A stretch of 64,000 nt of DNA from Gemmatimonadota bacterium (GTDB lineage Bacteria > Gemmatimonadota > Gemmatimonadetes > Palauibacterales > Palauibacteraceae): assembly GCA_965116475.1 (NCBI GenBank), contig OZ220691.1, positions 2,944,001-3,008,000 of the forward strand. Reading direction: 5' to 3'. Position 1 is the first letter of the stretch. Each line of letters begins with the position of its first letter. Shown here piece after piece: positions 1-10,265 of the stretch. The notes beneath the pieces are model-generated. The model was not told the DNA's origin and searched no databases. It saw nothing but the letters and a program-made list of their open reading frames with translations. The translations under genes were made by a program, and so were the position numbers.

Positions 1-145
1 CGCCGAGCAGACCGGCCAGTCCGGCGCGGATCGCGGAGCGGCGCGTCAGGAGTCCGCCGGCCGGGGGCGGGATCACCCGAGCCGGCCTGCGGTTCGGAAC
101 CGGCGGTCCGTTGGGAGGCTGCGTCCCTTTTCGACTTCCGGACAA
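1..145 (-). CDS. 5' part of a gene running off the window, probable Tat-exported protein
   Basis: My own translation from TTG at 145 (AAGGAGAGG upstream): MSGSRKG...LLTRRSAIRAGLAGLLG, open to the window edge, with a twin-arginine-like motif. Confidence 0.45.
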   Translation of the reverse strand, partial: MSGSRKGTQPPNGPPVPNRRPARVIPPPAGGLLTRRSAIRAGLAGLLG

Positions 146-352
146 TACCCTCTCCTTGCGTGCGGTGGCCATCCGCGTCGCCAAGGCCGGTCCATCGCAT
201 GGGGACCGCCCGGCATGGGAGTTTATTCGCAAGTACATTCATGTTCAACCTGACGCCCGGTTCTCCGGTCGATCCAGGGCCTCGGGTTCGATACGTTGCC
301 CACAACGTTGCGCACAGAGGAACAACCCTTCGCGGTCTCGATGAGGTCCACC

Positions 353-3136
353 ATGTCCAACCTTCCCCGTCTCGACTCCTTCGGCGCGCGCGCTTCGCTG
401 GATGCTCCCGGCGGCCCCGTCGCGATCCGCGACCTGCGGGCCGTCGCCGCGGCCACCGAGAGCGACCTCTCGCGTCTTCCGTTCTCGATCAAGGTCGTGC
501 TCGAGAACCTGGTCCGGCACGAGGACGGTCAATCCGTGACGGCGGAGGACATCGCCGCCATCGCGGCCTGGGATGCGCAGGCCACGCCGGGCCGCGAACT
601 CTCCTTCCGCCCCGCGCGCGTGCTCCTGCAGGACTTCACCGGTGTGCCCGCCGTCGTGGACCTGGCCGCGATGCGCGACGCGATGGCGGAACTCGGCGGC
701 GATCCCTCGTCGATCAACCCGCTCATGCCGTGCGAACTCGTCATCGACCACTCCGTGCAGGTGGACTCGTTCGGCACGGCGCGGTCGTTCCTCATCAACG
801 CGGAGCGGGAATTCGAGCGGAACCACGAGCGCTACGCCTTCCTGCGCTGGGGACAGACGGCGTTCGACAACTTCAAGGTCGTCCCGCCGGGCACGGGGAT
901 CGTCCACCAGGTGAACCTCGAGTACCTGGCCCGGGTCGTGTTCGACGACGCGACGGGGGGCGGACGCGTGGCGTACCCCGACACCGTCGTCGGGACGGAC
1001 AGCCACACCACGATGATCAACGGTCTCGGCGTTCTCGGGTGGGGCGTGGGCGGCATCGAGGCCGAGGCGGCCATGCTCGGACAGGCCCTCTCGATGCTCG
1101 TTCCGCGCGTGCTCGGCTTCCGGCTCCACGGCCGGCTCCCGGACGGCGCCACGGCGACGGATCTCGTCCTGCGGGTCACCGAGGTCCTCCGCGACGCGGG
1201 CGTCGTCGGCAAGTTCGTCGAGTTCCATGGGCCGGGTCTGGCTGGCCTCTCGCTCGCCGACCGGGCGACGCTCGGCAACATGTCGCCCGAGTTCGGCTCC
1301 ACCTGCGCGATCTTCCCCATCGACGCGGAGACGCTCGCCTACCTCCGCTTCACGGGTCGCTCCGAGGAACAGGTGGCGCTCGTCGAGGCCTACGCCCGGG
1401 CCCAGACCCTCTTCCACGACGCGGATACGCCCGCCGCGGAATACAGCGACCACGTGGAACTGGACCTCTCGACCGTCGAACCGGCGATCGCGGGCCCGAA
1501 GCTGCCGCAGCAGCGCGTGCCGCTGACGGAGAGCAAACCGCGGTTCCTGGAGGCGCTCGACGGGCTGAAGGGGCCGGGCGCGGGGGGCGGCGGCCTCACG
1601 CAGATGACGGGCTGGTCCGGTGGGGCCGGCGACGGCGGCGTGGCGGTGGCCGAGGCCCCGGCCGGCGTGGCCGTGCGCCTGACGAACGAACAGGGAGAGT
1701 CGCACGAGTTCTCCCTGCACGACGGGTCCGTGGTCATCGCCGCGATCACGAGCTGCACGAACACCTCGAATCCGTCCGTCATGGTCGGAGCGGGCCTCCT
1801 CGCCCGGAAGGCCGTCGAAGCGGGCCTCAAGCAGCGTCCGTGGGTGAAGACGAGCCTCGCCCCCGGCTCGATGGTCGTGACGGAGTACCTCGAGGAAGCC
1901 GGCCTCATGCCGTACTTCGAGCAGCTCGGCTTCCACGTCGTCGGCTACGGCTGTACCACCTGCATCGGGAACAGCGGACCGCTCCCGGCTGAGATCTCGA
2001 GCGCGATCCGGGAGAACGATCTCGTCGCCTGCTCCGTCCTCTCCGGGAACCGGAACTTCGAGGGCCGCATCAGCCCCGATTCGCGCGCCAACTATCTCGC
2101 GTCGCCTCCCCTCGTCGTCGCCTACGCGCTCGCGGGCCGCATGGACATCGACCTGTACAGCGAGCCGCTGGGCACGAACGACCGGGGCGAGGAGATCTTC
2201 CTGCGCGACATCTGGCCCGCGCAGGACGAGATCGTCGAAGCTGTCCGCACCGCGGTGAAGACGGAGATGTTCCGCGCCAAGTACGCCGAAGTGTACGCGG
2301 GGGACGAGCGCTGGAACGCGCTGGAGATCCCCATGGGCGACCGCTTCGCGTGGGACGAGGCTTCGACCTACGTGCGGCAGCCGACCTTCTTCGCCGGAAT
2401 GTCGAAGGAGGCCGACGCCCCCGCGGACATCGAGGGAGCGCGCTGCCTCGCGCTCCTCGGCGACGCGGTGACGACCGACCACATCTCGCCCGCCGGCGGC
2501 ATCGCGCCAACCTCGCCCGCCGCGGACTACCTCCGGGCGCACGGCGTGGCGCTGCGCGACTTCAACTCATACGGGGCGCGCCGGGGGAACCACGAGGTGA
2601 TGATGCGGGGGACGTTCGCGAACGTCCGGCTCCGGAACCTGATGGTGCCCGGCGTGGAGGGCGGGTTCACGGTCCACGTCCCGAGCGGCGAGCAGTTGTC
2701 GATCTTCGACGCCGCCGCGCGCTATCGGGACGAGGGAACGCCCACGATCCTCATCGGCGGTGCGCTCTACGGATCGGGCTCGAGCCGCGACTGGGCAGCG
2801 AAGGGGCCCTTCCTGCTGGGCGTGAAGGCCGTCATCGCCGTGAGCTACGAACGCATCCACCGCTCGAACCTCATCGGGATGGGGATCCTGCCCCTCCGGT
2901 TCCGCGACGGCGAGACGGCGGAGACGCTGGGCCTCACAGGCGGCGAGACCTTCCACATCACCGGCATCGCCGACGGCCTGAAGCCGAAGGACGCGATCAC
3001 GGTGACGGCGGTCTCCGATGACGGATCGGAGACGCGCTTCGAGGCCATCGCCCGGCTCGATACGGAGGTCGAGGTGGACTACTACCGCAACGGCGGCATC
3101 CTCCAAACCGTCCTGCGGCAGCAACTGGAAGCCTGA
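353..3136 (+). CDS. acnA: aconitate hydratase A
   Basis: [76 protein letters not shown] at 353 after GAGG. Confidence 0.97.
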   Translation: MSNLPRLDSFGARASLDAPGGPVAIRDLRAVAAATESDLSRLPFSIKVVLENLVRHEDGQSVTAEDIAAIAAWDAQATPGRELSFRPARVLLQDFTGVPAVVDLAAMRDAMAELGGDPSSINPLMPCELVIDHSVQVDSFGTARSFLINAEREFERNHERYAFLRWGQTAFDNFKVVPPGTGIVHQVNLEYLARVVFDDATGGGRVAYPDTVVGTDSHTTMINGLGVLGWGVGGIEAEAAMLGQALSMLVPRVLGFRLHGRLPDGATATDLVLRVTEVLRDAGVVGKFVEFHGPGLAGLSLADRATLGNMSPEFGSTCAIFPIDAETLAYLRFTGRSEEQVALVEAYARAQTLFHDADTPAAEYSDHVELDLSTVEPAIAGPKLPQQRVPLTESKPRFLEALDGLKGPGAGGGGLTQMTGWSGGAGDGGVAVAEAPAGVAVRLTNEQGESHEFSLHDGSVVIAAITSCTNTSNPSVMVGAGLLARKAVEAGLKQRPWVKTSLAPGSMVVTEYLEEAGLMPYFEQLGFHVVGYGCTTCIGNSGPLPAEISSAIRENDLVACSVLSGNRNFEGRISPDSRANYLASPPLVVAYALAGRMDIDLYSEPLGTNDRGEEIFLRDIWPAQDEIVEAVRTAVKTEMFRAKYAEVYAGDERWNALEIPMGDRFAWDEASTYVRQPTFFAGMSKEADAPADIEGARCLALLGDAVTTDHISPAGGIAPTSPAADYLRAHGVALRDFNSYGARRGNHEVMMRGTFANVRLRNLMVPGVEGGFTVHVPSGEQLSIFDAAARYRDEGTPTILIGGALYGSGSSRDWAAKGPFLLGVKAVIAVSYERIHRSNLIGMGILPLRFRDGETAETLGLTGGETFHITGIADGLKPKDAITVTAVSDDGSETRFEAIARLDTEVEVDYYRNGGILQTVLRQQLEA

Positions 3137-3141
3137 GCCGC

Positions 3142-3684
3142 TCAGGACCCCTTGATCGCGGCCTCCAGCCACCTCCGGTCCGCCTTCCGCAGATGGTCCG
3201 GCGGCGCGGGTTCGTCGCGCTCTTCCTCGTCGCGACTCCGGCCGCGCCGGATGCGGCGCGCGACGAGAAATCCGCCGAGGAGGAAGGCCAGACCGGGACC
3301 GGCGTAGACGAAGAGGTTCATCCCCTCGGCCCGGGGCTTGAGGAGGATCCAGGGGCCGTACGCCTCCACGAACCAGGCCTCGATCTCCTCCGCGGTGCGA
3401 CCGTCCATGAGCATGTTGCGGATCACGTCCTGCATTTCGCGCGCGATGCGCGCAGACGACTCCGCGACGGACTGCTGGCGGCAGATGGGGCAGCGCAGGG
3501 TGGCGCCGATCTCCGCCGTCCGCTGGTCGATTTCGGCGCTCCGGACGGGGTCGCCCGGGGCGGCCGGCCGCTCGATGCCGTCGAGGGCCCCGTCGACGGT
3601 CTGGGCGGCGGCGGGCGCCCCTCCGAGGGCGACCCCCGTCACGGCGAGCACGACGAGCACGGCCGCGAAGGCGACGCGCGACAT
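3142..3684 (-). CDS. ccmH: cytochrome c biogenesis protein CcmH
   Basis: Signal peptide, LRCPIC motif, YGPWIL followed by a TM helix; start overlaps the ccmG stop. Confidence 0.9.
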   Translation of the reverse strand: MSRVAFAAVLVVLAVTGVALGGAPAAAQTVDGALDGIERPAAPGDPVRSAEIDQRTAEIGATLRCPICRQQSVAESSARIAREMQDVIRNMLMDGRTAEEIEAWFVEAYGPWILLKPRAEGMNLFVYAGPGLAFLLGGFLVARRIRRGRSRDEEERDEPAPPDHLRKADRRWLEAAIKGS

Positions 3685-4238
3685 CAGCTTCCCGCCGGAC
3701 CGGCCGCGTCGCGGGCGACCAGGAGCGAGTCCACGTTCCGCCGGACGAGGTCCCAGGTCACCGCGAGGTCGTGCCGCAGCGCGACGACGCCGTCGGCGCC
3801 GATGAAGTACGTCTCGGGCACCCCGTACACGCCGTATTCGATCGCGGTCAGGCTCCCCGGATCCGTGACGAGCGGCCACTCCCCGCCCAGTTCCTCGATG
3901 AAGCGCATCCCGTTCTCCGGCCTGTCCTGGAAGAGGACGCCGATGAGCGCCACTTCCTCCGGATCGTACGTCTCGCGCAGCCGCACGAGCACCGGATGCT
4001 CGGCAATGCACGGGATGCACCACGAGGCCCAGTAGTTGAGCACGACGACCTTCCCCTCGAAGTCGCTCAGGCTCACCGAATCGCTCGGGTCGTAGAGGTT
4101 GGCGAGCCGGAACGCCGGCGCCTCGCGCCCCTCGAGCGCCGACGGAAGCCGCCGCTGGTCCTGCCCGAGCCCCCAGTAGAGGAGCGCCAGGACGGGCACG
4201 GCCGCCAGGGGCAGGGCCCACCGCCACCAGCCCTTCAT
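3684..4238 (-). CDS. ccmG: CcmG/DsbE thiol:disulfide oxidoreductase
   Basis: N-terminal TM, NYWASWCIPC, YGVYGVPETY; ccm context. Confidence 0.9.
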   Translation of the reverse strand: MKGWWRWALPLAAVPVLALLYWGLGQDQRRLPSALEGREAPAFRLANLYDPSDSVSLSDFEGKVVVLNYWASWCIPCIAEHPVLVRLRETYDPEEVALIGVLFQDRPENGMRFIEELGGEWPLVTDPGSLTAIEYGVYGVPETYFIGADGVVALRHDLAVTWDLVRRNVDSLLVARDAAGPAGS

Positions 4239-4266
4239 GCCGCCCTCATGCCGCCCTCATGCCGCC
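4235..4266. repeat. 11-bp tandem repeat (TCATGCCGCCC, about 2.9 copies) at the ccmF/ccmG junction
   Basis: Read directly; contains the ccmF stop (4257-4259) and the ccmG start (4236-4238). Confidence 0.9.
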
Positions 4267-6323
4267 GCCGCCGGATCCGCGAGCAGTTCGGCCCCCGCCG
4301 CCCGCACCCGGCTCCGGCCCCAGGGCCAGATCGCGATCAGCGCGCCCACGCCCATGATCATCCCCCCGATCCACAGCCAGACGATCCCCGGGTTCACGAT
4401 CGCCCGCACCGTCGCGTGCGCCCCGCTCTCCGGGTCCACCGCCATCAGCGTGAGATAGAGGTCGCTCGTGAGCGAACTCTTCACCGCCGGCGTCGCGATG
4501 TTCTGTCCCGTCGCGGTGTAGAAGTTGATCCGCGGCCGCTCCTCGCCGATCCCGCGCCCGTCACGGTACGCCGCGAACGTCGCCCCGATCACGAACCGGT
4601 GCGGTTCCTCCCGCCCCCACACGTCGATCAGTTCCACCTCGTAGTCCTCGATCGCGAGCCGTTCTCCGGGGCGGAGCGTCATCTCCCGCTCCGTCTTCCA
4701 CGTCCACGAGACGGAGATGGCGAGCGCGATGACGATCACCCCCACGTGCACGACGTAGCCGCCGTAGCGCTGGCCCGTGCGCGCGAACAGGTCCCGCAGC
4801 GCGCCGAGGAAGGAGCGCTCCGCGATCCTCCGCCGCGCCGCGATCCCCTTGCGGAACTCGTCGGCGATCGTCGTCAGCACGAAGGCGGCGAAGGCGATCG
4901 TGAGAATGGGGAGGAAATATCCCACGCCGAGGGCGAAGGCGAGGAGCCCAGCCGCGGCGCCGACGATGGCCGGCCACACGAACGACCGTTTCAACTGTTC
5001 CCGTCCCGCCCGCCGCCACGGGAGCGCCGGCCCCACCCCCATCAGGAAGATGAGCGCCAGCCCGATCGGGCTCGCGACCTGGTCGAAGTACGGCGGCCCC
5101 ACGCTGATCCGGTCTCCCCGCAGTGCCTCCACCACGAGCGGCCACATCGTGCCGAGGAGGACCGTGAAGGTGAAACCGACGAAGAGGAGGTTGTTGAGGA
5201 TGAAGGCGGATTCGCGCGAGGCGGGACTCTCGACCTGGCCTGGCGCCCGCAGGCGGTTGCTCCGCCACCCGATGAGCGCCAGCGACGCGATCGCCACCAC
5301 GGCAATGAAGGCGAGGAACACCGGCCCGATGACCCCCTCGGTGAACGCGTGAACGGAGTCGATGACGCCCGACCGCGTGAGGAACGTCCCGAACAGGGTG
5401 AGGAGGAAGGTCGAGATTATCAGCGTGAGGTTCCACGTCTTCAGCATCCCCCGCCGCTCCTGGACCATCGCGGAGTGCAGGAAGGCGGTGGCCGTGAGCC
5501 AGGGAAGGAAGGAGGCGTTTTCCACCGGATCCCACGCCCAGGCGCCGCCCCAGCCCAGAACCTCGTACGACCACCAGCCGCCGCCGATGATCCCCATGGT
5601 GAGGAAGGCCCACGCCGCGACCATCCAGCGGCGCGCGTCCCGGAGCCAGCGCGCCTCGACGTTCCCGCGCAGAAGGGCCGCGATCGCGAACGCGAAGGGC
5701 ACCGTCATCCCCACGAACCCGAAGTAGAGCATGGGCGGGTGCAGGCCCATGAGCGGATGATTCTGGAGGAGGGGATTGGGCCCGGGGCCGTTGGCCGGCG
5801 CGGGATCCACGATGCCGAACGGATTCGCCGCCCCCGCGAGGAGTCCGAAGAAGAAGAGCTGGACGACGCCGATGACGCCGAGGACGAGCGGGGTCGTCCG
5901 GAGGCCGTGCGCGAGTCCGCCGCCGAGCGCGGTCAGCGGTTCGCCGGTGGCCCGCAGCGCGCCGAACTCGCGGCGCCGGGTGAAGGCGAAGAGCGCCCCG
6001 TAGCCGGCGAGGATCCAGCCCCAGAAGAGGATCGAGCCCTCGAGGCTGCTCCAGAGCGAGATCGCCGTGTAGTAGGTTGGCGTCTCGCGGCTCCCCACGC
6101 GCGCCACGTACTCGACGCTGAAGTCGTGCGTGAGAAGAGCGATTTCCATCACGAGCATGCCGCCCGACATCGCGAAGAAGGCGAAGTAGGCCGCGCGGCG
6201 CGCCAGCGACGCGGACAGCTCGCCGCCGGAGCGTGACAGGCCGGCCCAGCCGCCCGCCACGGTTGCCACGCCCGCGGCCACCAACGCCGCGATGACGGAC
6301 GCGTAGCCGAGCGTGCTCAGCAT
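4257..6323 (-). CDS. ccmF: heme lyase CcmF
   Basis: WSSLEGSILFW, NPLLQNH, HPPMLY, WSYEVLGWGGAWAWDPVENASFLPWL (WWD domain), SVHAF. Confidence 0.96.
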   Translation of the reverse strand: MLSTLGYASVIAALVAAGVATVAGGWAGLSRSGGELSASLARRAAYFAFFAMSGGMLVMEIALLTHDFSVEYVARVGSRETPTYYTAISLWSSLEGSILFWGWILAGYGALFAFTRRREFGALRATGEPLTALGGGLAHGLRTTPLVLGVIGVVQLFFFGLLAGAANPFGIVDPAPANGPGPNPLLQNHPLMGLHPPMLYFGFVGMTVPFAFAIAALLRGNVEARWLRDARRWMVAAWAFLTMGIIGGGWWSYEVLGWGGAWAWDPVENASFLPWLTATAFLHSAMVQERRGMLKTWNLTLIISTFLLTLFGTFLTRSGVIDSVHAFTEGVIGPVFLAFIAVVAIASLALIGWRSNRLRAPGQVESPASRESAFILNNLLFVGFTFTVLLGTMWPLVVEALRGDRISVGPPYFDQVASPIGLALIFLMGVGPALPWRRAGREQLKRSFVWPAIVGAAAGLLAFALGVGYFLPILTIAFAAFVLTTIADEFRKGIAARRRIAERSFLGALRDLFARTGQRYGGYVVHVGVIVIALAISVSWTWKTEREMTLRPGERLAIEDYEVELIDVWGREEPHRFVIGATFAAYRDGRGIGEERPRINFYTATGQNIATPAVKSSLTSDLYLTLMAVDPESGAHATVRAIVNPGIVWLWIGGMIMGVGALIAIWPWGRSRVRAAGAELLADPAAAA

Positions 6324-6324
6324 T

Positions 6325-6759
6325 TCAGTTGTCGAGGAGGGACTTGTAGACCTGGCCCGCGTCGCCCGCGTGCTCCGGTGGGGCGTATTCGTTCGAGTGC
6401 TTCACCATCAGGTTCGTGGCGCGGAAGACCCCATCGTTCCCGTAGGCGCCTTCGACGACGACGCCCATCCCCGGCTGGAACATCGACGGCGGCGCGCCCG
6501 TGCTCTCGACGGGGATCTCGATGCTCTCTTCGCCGATGACGAAACGCAGTTCGGCGGACTCCGGACTCCAGTCCACGCTCCCCGGCTTGACCCGGCCCCC
6601 GAGCCGGATCGGCTGGTCCACGACCTCGACTCCGCGCGCCTCGAGTTCGGCGGGCGTGAGGAAGAACACCATGTTCTCGTTCAACCCACCTGCCGCGAGC
6701 AGCATGATCGCCGCCGCGATCGCCCCGAGCCCTGCCAGCATCCAGAGTTTCCGTCTCAA
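6325..6759 (-). CDS. ccmE: heme chaperone CcmE
   Basis: N-terminal TM, FFLTP, IRLGGRVKPGS, KHSNEY (HxxxY); TTG start at 6759 with GAGGGA RBS. Confidence 0.92.
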   Translation of the reverse strand: MRRKLWMLAGLGAIAAAIMLLAAGGLNENMVFFLTPAELEARGVEVVDQPIRLGGRVKPGSVDWSPESAELRFVIGEESIEIPVESTGAPPSMFQPGMGVVVEGAYGNDGVFRATNLMVKHSNEYAPPEHAGDAGQVYKSLLDN

Positions 6760-6896
6760 CGTTCCCTCGCCTTCGAAGATCATCGTGCGGATTGCCCCGC
6801 AAGATGCAGCTTTCTCCACGCGCTTGCCACAGCACCGCCGAGGCGCGAAGCTCGCGGGGTAGACCCGCTCGCCTCGAAGAAGGAGAAGCTCCCCTC

Positions 6897-8189
6897 GTGA
6901 TCCGCGTGATCCGCGTGACCCTCGCAGCGTTGTTCGCCTCGCTCGCCGGCCCGGCCGGGCTTCAGGGTCAGGCCGGAGAACAGGACGACGCGGCCTGTCC
7001 CGCATACGGCGGGCGGTTCGAGTCGCCGATGGAGACGGTGCGATACCTGGCCGATGACGCGCTCGGCGGCCGCTTCTCCGGGAGCTCGGGGGAGCGGTGT
7101 GCGGGCGAGTACATCGCGGCCATGTTCGCCTCGCTCGATGTAGAGCCGGCCGGCGAGGACGGGTACTTCCAGGAACTTCCGCTCGCGAGCGCGGCGCAGC
7201 CGCACGCGCCGCCCGCCCGCGGACGCAACGTCGTCGGGATCCTGCGGGGGAGCGACCCCGAGTTGCGCGAGACGGCCGTCGTGGTGGGCGCGCACTACGA
7301 CCACCTGGGGCTGGGCGAGTTCGGGAGCACCGGGGAGGCGGGCGAGATCCACAACGGTGCGGACGATAACGCCTCGGGCGTGGCCGCGGTCCTCGCGGCG
7401 GCGCGCGCCCTGCGCGGCGGGCCGCGTCCGGCGCGGTCGATCGTGTTCATCGCCTTCACGGGAGAGGAACTCGGGCTGATCGGCTCGGCCTGGTATGCGA
7501 ACCACCCGGCGATTCCGCTGGAGGAGACCGTGGCCATGATCAACCTCGACATGGTGGGGCGGCTCGAGAACGATGAGTTGATCGTGTACGGGATGGGGAC
7601 GGCGCCCGAGTGGGAGGAGATCGTGCCCGCGGCGAACGCGGATCTCGGGATTCCCATCGCGTGGGAGCAGGCCGGTTTCGGACCCAGCGACCATACGTCG
7701 TTCTACGCGAACGACATCCCCGTCCTCCACTTCTTCACGAACGTGCACGCCGACTATCACCGGCACACCGATGACGCGGAGAAGATCGATGCCCCGGGCC
7801 TCGGACGCGTGGCCCGCCTCACGGAGAACGTCGTGCGGACGCTGGCCACCCGGCCGGAGCGCCTGGCCGTCATTCCGGGCGTAGGGGAACGGGAGCAGCG
7901 CGCGAGCGGGTCCGGAGCCTGGCTCGGGACGGTGCCCGACTTCACGCCGGTCGATTTCGGCGTGCTCCTCGCCGGCGTCACGGAGGGGTCACCCGGTGCG
8001 GAGGGCGGCCTCCTGCGCGGCGACATCCTCATCGGCCTCGGAGACCACGAGATCGGCGACCTGCAGGCCTTCACCGACGCCCTCGCCGCGTACAGGCCGG
8101 GCGACGAGGTCGTCCTCCGCTACCTGCGCGACGGCGACGAACGCGAGACGACCGTGCGGCTCGGCGACCGGGCCGACCGGCCCCAATGA
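6897..8189 (+). CDS. secreted M28-family peptidase with C-terminal PDZ domain
   Basis: Signal peptide, GAHYDHLG, GADDNASG, FTGEELG, NLDMVG, SDH, C-terminal LGTVPDF...GDIL (PDZ). Confidence 0.88.
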   Translation: MIRVIRVTLAALFASLAGPAGLQGQAGEQDDAACPAYGGRFESPMETVRYLADDALGGRFSGSSGERCAGEYIAAMFASLDVEPAGEDGYFQELPLASAAQPHAPPARGRNVVGILRGSDPELRETAVVVGAHYDHLGLGEFGSTGEAGEIHNGADDNASGVAAVLAAARALRGGPRPARSIVFIAFTGEELGLIGSAWYANHPAIPLEETVAMINLDMVGRLENDELIVYGMGTAPEWEEIVPAANADLGIPIAWEQAGFGPSDHTSFYANDIPVLHFFTNVHADYHRHTDDAEKIDAPGLGRVARLTENVVRTLATRPERLAVIPGVGEREQRASGSGAWLGTVPDFTPVDFGVLLAGVTEGSPGAEGGLLRGDILIGLGDHEIGDLQAFTDALAAYRPGDEVVLRYLRDGDERETTVRLGDRADRPQ

Positions 8190-8201
8190 AGCCCCAATGA
8201 A
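8180..8201. repeat. 11-bp tandem duplication GCCCCAATGAA x2 at a gene junction
   Basis: Copy 1 holds the upstream TGA (8187-8189); copy 2 holds the downstream ATG (8197). Confidence 0.9.
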
Positions 8202-9030
8202 CCGGCCTGCGGCGTGCCCCCGCTGCGGGATCCCCGCGTCGGGAAACTTCTGCGCGCAATGCGGGGCCCCGCTCGTCCGGCGCGCGGGGTGTCCGGCCTG
8301 CCAGGCGCCGCTCCGGGCGGACGCCCTCTACTGCACCGCCTGCGGTACGCCCGTGGGCGCTCCGCCGCGGAAGCCGCGCTCGGCCCTGCTCCCCTGGATT
8401 CTCTCCGGCCTCGGGCTGGTGGTCTTCTCGGTGATGATCGCCGTACTCGTCCAGCGCGGAAGCGTGACGCGAATCGGAGACATGACGATGACGGGCGGCC
8501 TTCCGGGCGAGACGACGGGTGCCCCGCCGGTGGCCGGGGCAGCGGAGAACGGTGCCGGGGGCGCCGGAATGCCGAGCATGGAGGAACTCGCGGCCATGGG
8601 CCCGCGCGGCGTCGCCGACCGGCTCTTCGAGCGCGTGATGCGGGAGCACGAGGGGGGCGACTTCGAGCGCGCCGCCTTCTTCATCGACATGGCGCTGCAG
8701 GCGTACGATGCCGTCCCTCCGGAAGAGATCGATGCCGATGCGCGGTTCCACGTCGGCCTCCTCCGTCTCCTCATGGGCGAGTCCCGGCTCGCCCGGGACC
8801 AGGCGGATGATATCCTCGCCGCGCATCCGGACCACCTGCTCGGGCTCCTGCTCGCCGCGCGGGCGGCCGACTTCGAGGAGGACGCGGACGGGGCGGAGGC
8901 GTTCCGAGCCCGAATCCGCGAGCGGGTGGAGGCGGCCGGGGGGATCCCTGACCTCCCCGAATACCAGGCCCACCGGACGCTGATCGAGAACGTGCTGCAG
9001 ACGGACGGCGGAGCGGGAGGGGGCGCGTGA
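8197..9030 (+). CDS. double zinc-ribbon membrane protein with TPR-like C-terminus
   Basis: Four CxxC pairs (CPRC, CAQC, CPAC, CTAC), one TM helix, helical C-terminal region. Confidence 0.75.
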   Translation: MNRPAACPRCGIPASGNFCAQCGAPLVRRAGCPACQAPLRADALYCTACGTPVGAPPRKPRSALLPWILSGLGLVVFSVMIAVLVQRGSVTRIGDMTMTGGLPGETTGAPPVAGAAENGAGGAGMPSMEELAAMGPRGVADRLFERVMREHEGGDFERAAFFIDMALQAYDAVPPEEIDADARFHVGLLRLLMGESRLARDQADDILAAHPDHLLGLLLAARAADFEEDADGAEAFRARIRERVEAAGGIPDLPEYQAHRTLIENVLQTDGGAGGGA

Positions 9031-10220
9031 CCGGCTCCGGCGCGACCGGAAGTGCGACCGGAAGCACGCCCGCGCAGGCCGTCGGCCGGCGGATGGCCGA
9101 CCTGCGCGACGAGTTCGTCGACTTCATCTCCCAACTCGTGCTCGAGGAATCCCCGTCCACCGACCCCGAGGCCCAGCGCGGCATCCGCGCGATCCTGACC
9201 GAGACGCTGAGCGACCTCGGGTTGGACGTGGATCACATCCCGGGACAGGCGAGCGGGGGTCACCTGCTGGCCCGGGGCGCCGAGGCGGTGGACGGCGGGT
9301 CGGCGGCGACCGGGGCACAGCTTCTCGTGGGCCACATGGACACGGTGTGGCCCATCGGCACGCTGCGGGAAATGCCGGTGCGCGTGTCCGACGGGCGTCT
9401 TTCGGGCCCGGGCGCCTTCGACATGAAGACGGGACTGGCGATCGGCGTGTTCGCGCTGCGGGCGCTGCGGGATCTCGGGCTGGACGCGGGCGTCTCACCC
9501 GTCTTCTTCATCAACTCGGACGAGGAGATCGGGAGCCCCGAATCCGAGCCGCTGATCCGCGATCTGGCGCGCGGTGCGTCCCGGGCCTTCGTCCTCGAGC
9601 CCGCGCTGGGCGCCGGCGGCCGGCTCAAGACGCGGCGCAAGGGGATCGGCCAGTACCACGTCGAGGTCGCGGGGCGGAGTTCGCACGCGGGACTGGCCCC
9701 GGAAGAGGGGGCGTCGGCGATCCTCGAACTCGCGCACGCGATCCGGCAGATCGACCGCCTGGCGGACCCCGGAACCGGGACGACGATGAACGTGGGGCTC
9801 ATGGAGGGCGGCTCCCGCCCCAACGTGGTCGCCGCGAGCGCGAGCTGCGAGGTGGACGTGCGCGTGTGGACGGCTGCGGAGGCCGACCGCATCCGCGAGG
9901 GGATGTTCGGACTGGAATCCACCGTGCCGGGGACGCGGATCCAGGTCACGGAGGTCGCGAGACGCGGGCCGCTGGAGCGCACGCCGCGCAACGTCGCGCT
10001 CTGGGAGCGGGCGCTCCGGGTCGCGGACGAGATTGGCCTCGAACTGGAGGAGGGATCGGCGGGCGGCGGCTCGGACGGTAACTTGACGAGCCAGTACACG
10101 GCGACGCTCGACGGGCTGGGGGCGGTCGGCGACGGCGCCCACGCCCGGCACGAGTTCGTGTGGATCGACCGGGCCGTGGAGCGCGTCGCATTGCTGGCGG
10201 GGCTGATCGCCGCACCGTAA
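9027..10220 (+). CDS. M20 metallopeptidase, glutamate carboxypeptidase-like
   Basis: GHMDTVW, GPGAFDMK, SDEEIGS, VLEP, GGGSDGN, GAHARHE. Confidence 0.88.
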   Translation: MTGSGATGSATGSTPAQAVGRRMADLRDEFVDFISQLVLEESPSTDPEAQRGIRAILTETLSDLGLDVDHIPGQASGGHLLARGAEAVDGGSAATGAQLLVGHMDTVWPIGTLREMPVRVSDGRLSGPGAFDMKTGLAIGVFALRALRDLGLDAGVSPVFFINSDEEIGSPESEPLIRDLARGASRAFVLEPALGAGGRLKTRRKGIGQYHVEVAGRSSHAGLAPEEGASAILELAHAIRQIDRLADPGTGTTMNVGLMEGGSRPNVVAASASCEVDVRVWTAAEADRIREGMFGLESTVPGTRIQVTEVARRGPLERTPRNVALWERALRVADEIGLELEEGSAGGGSDGNLTSQYTATLDGLGAVGDGAHARHEFVWIDRAVERVALLAGLIAAP

Positions 10221-10265
10221 CGGCGGACGACCCGCCGCAGGGCTTCGAGAGGCGGCTTCGACGAG

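Noticed and set aside
3132..3146. Palindrome CCTGAGC-C-GCTCAGG between acnA and ccmH
   Set aside because: Largely made of the two convergent stop codons; loop too short and no U tract
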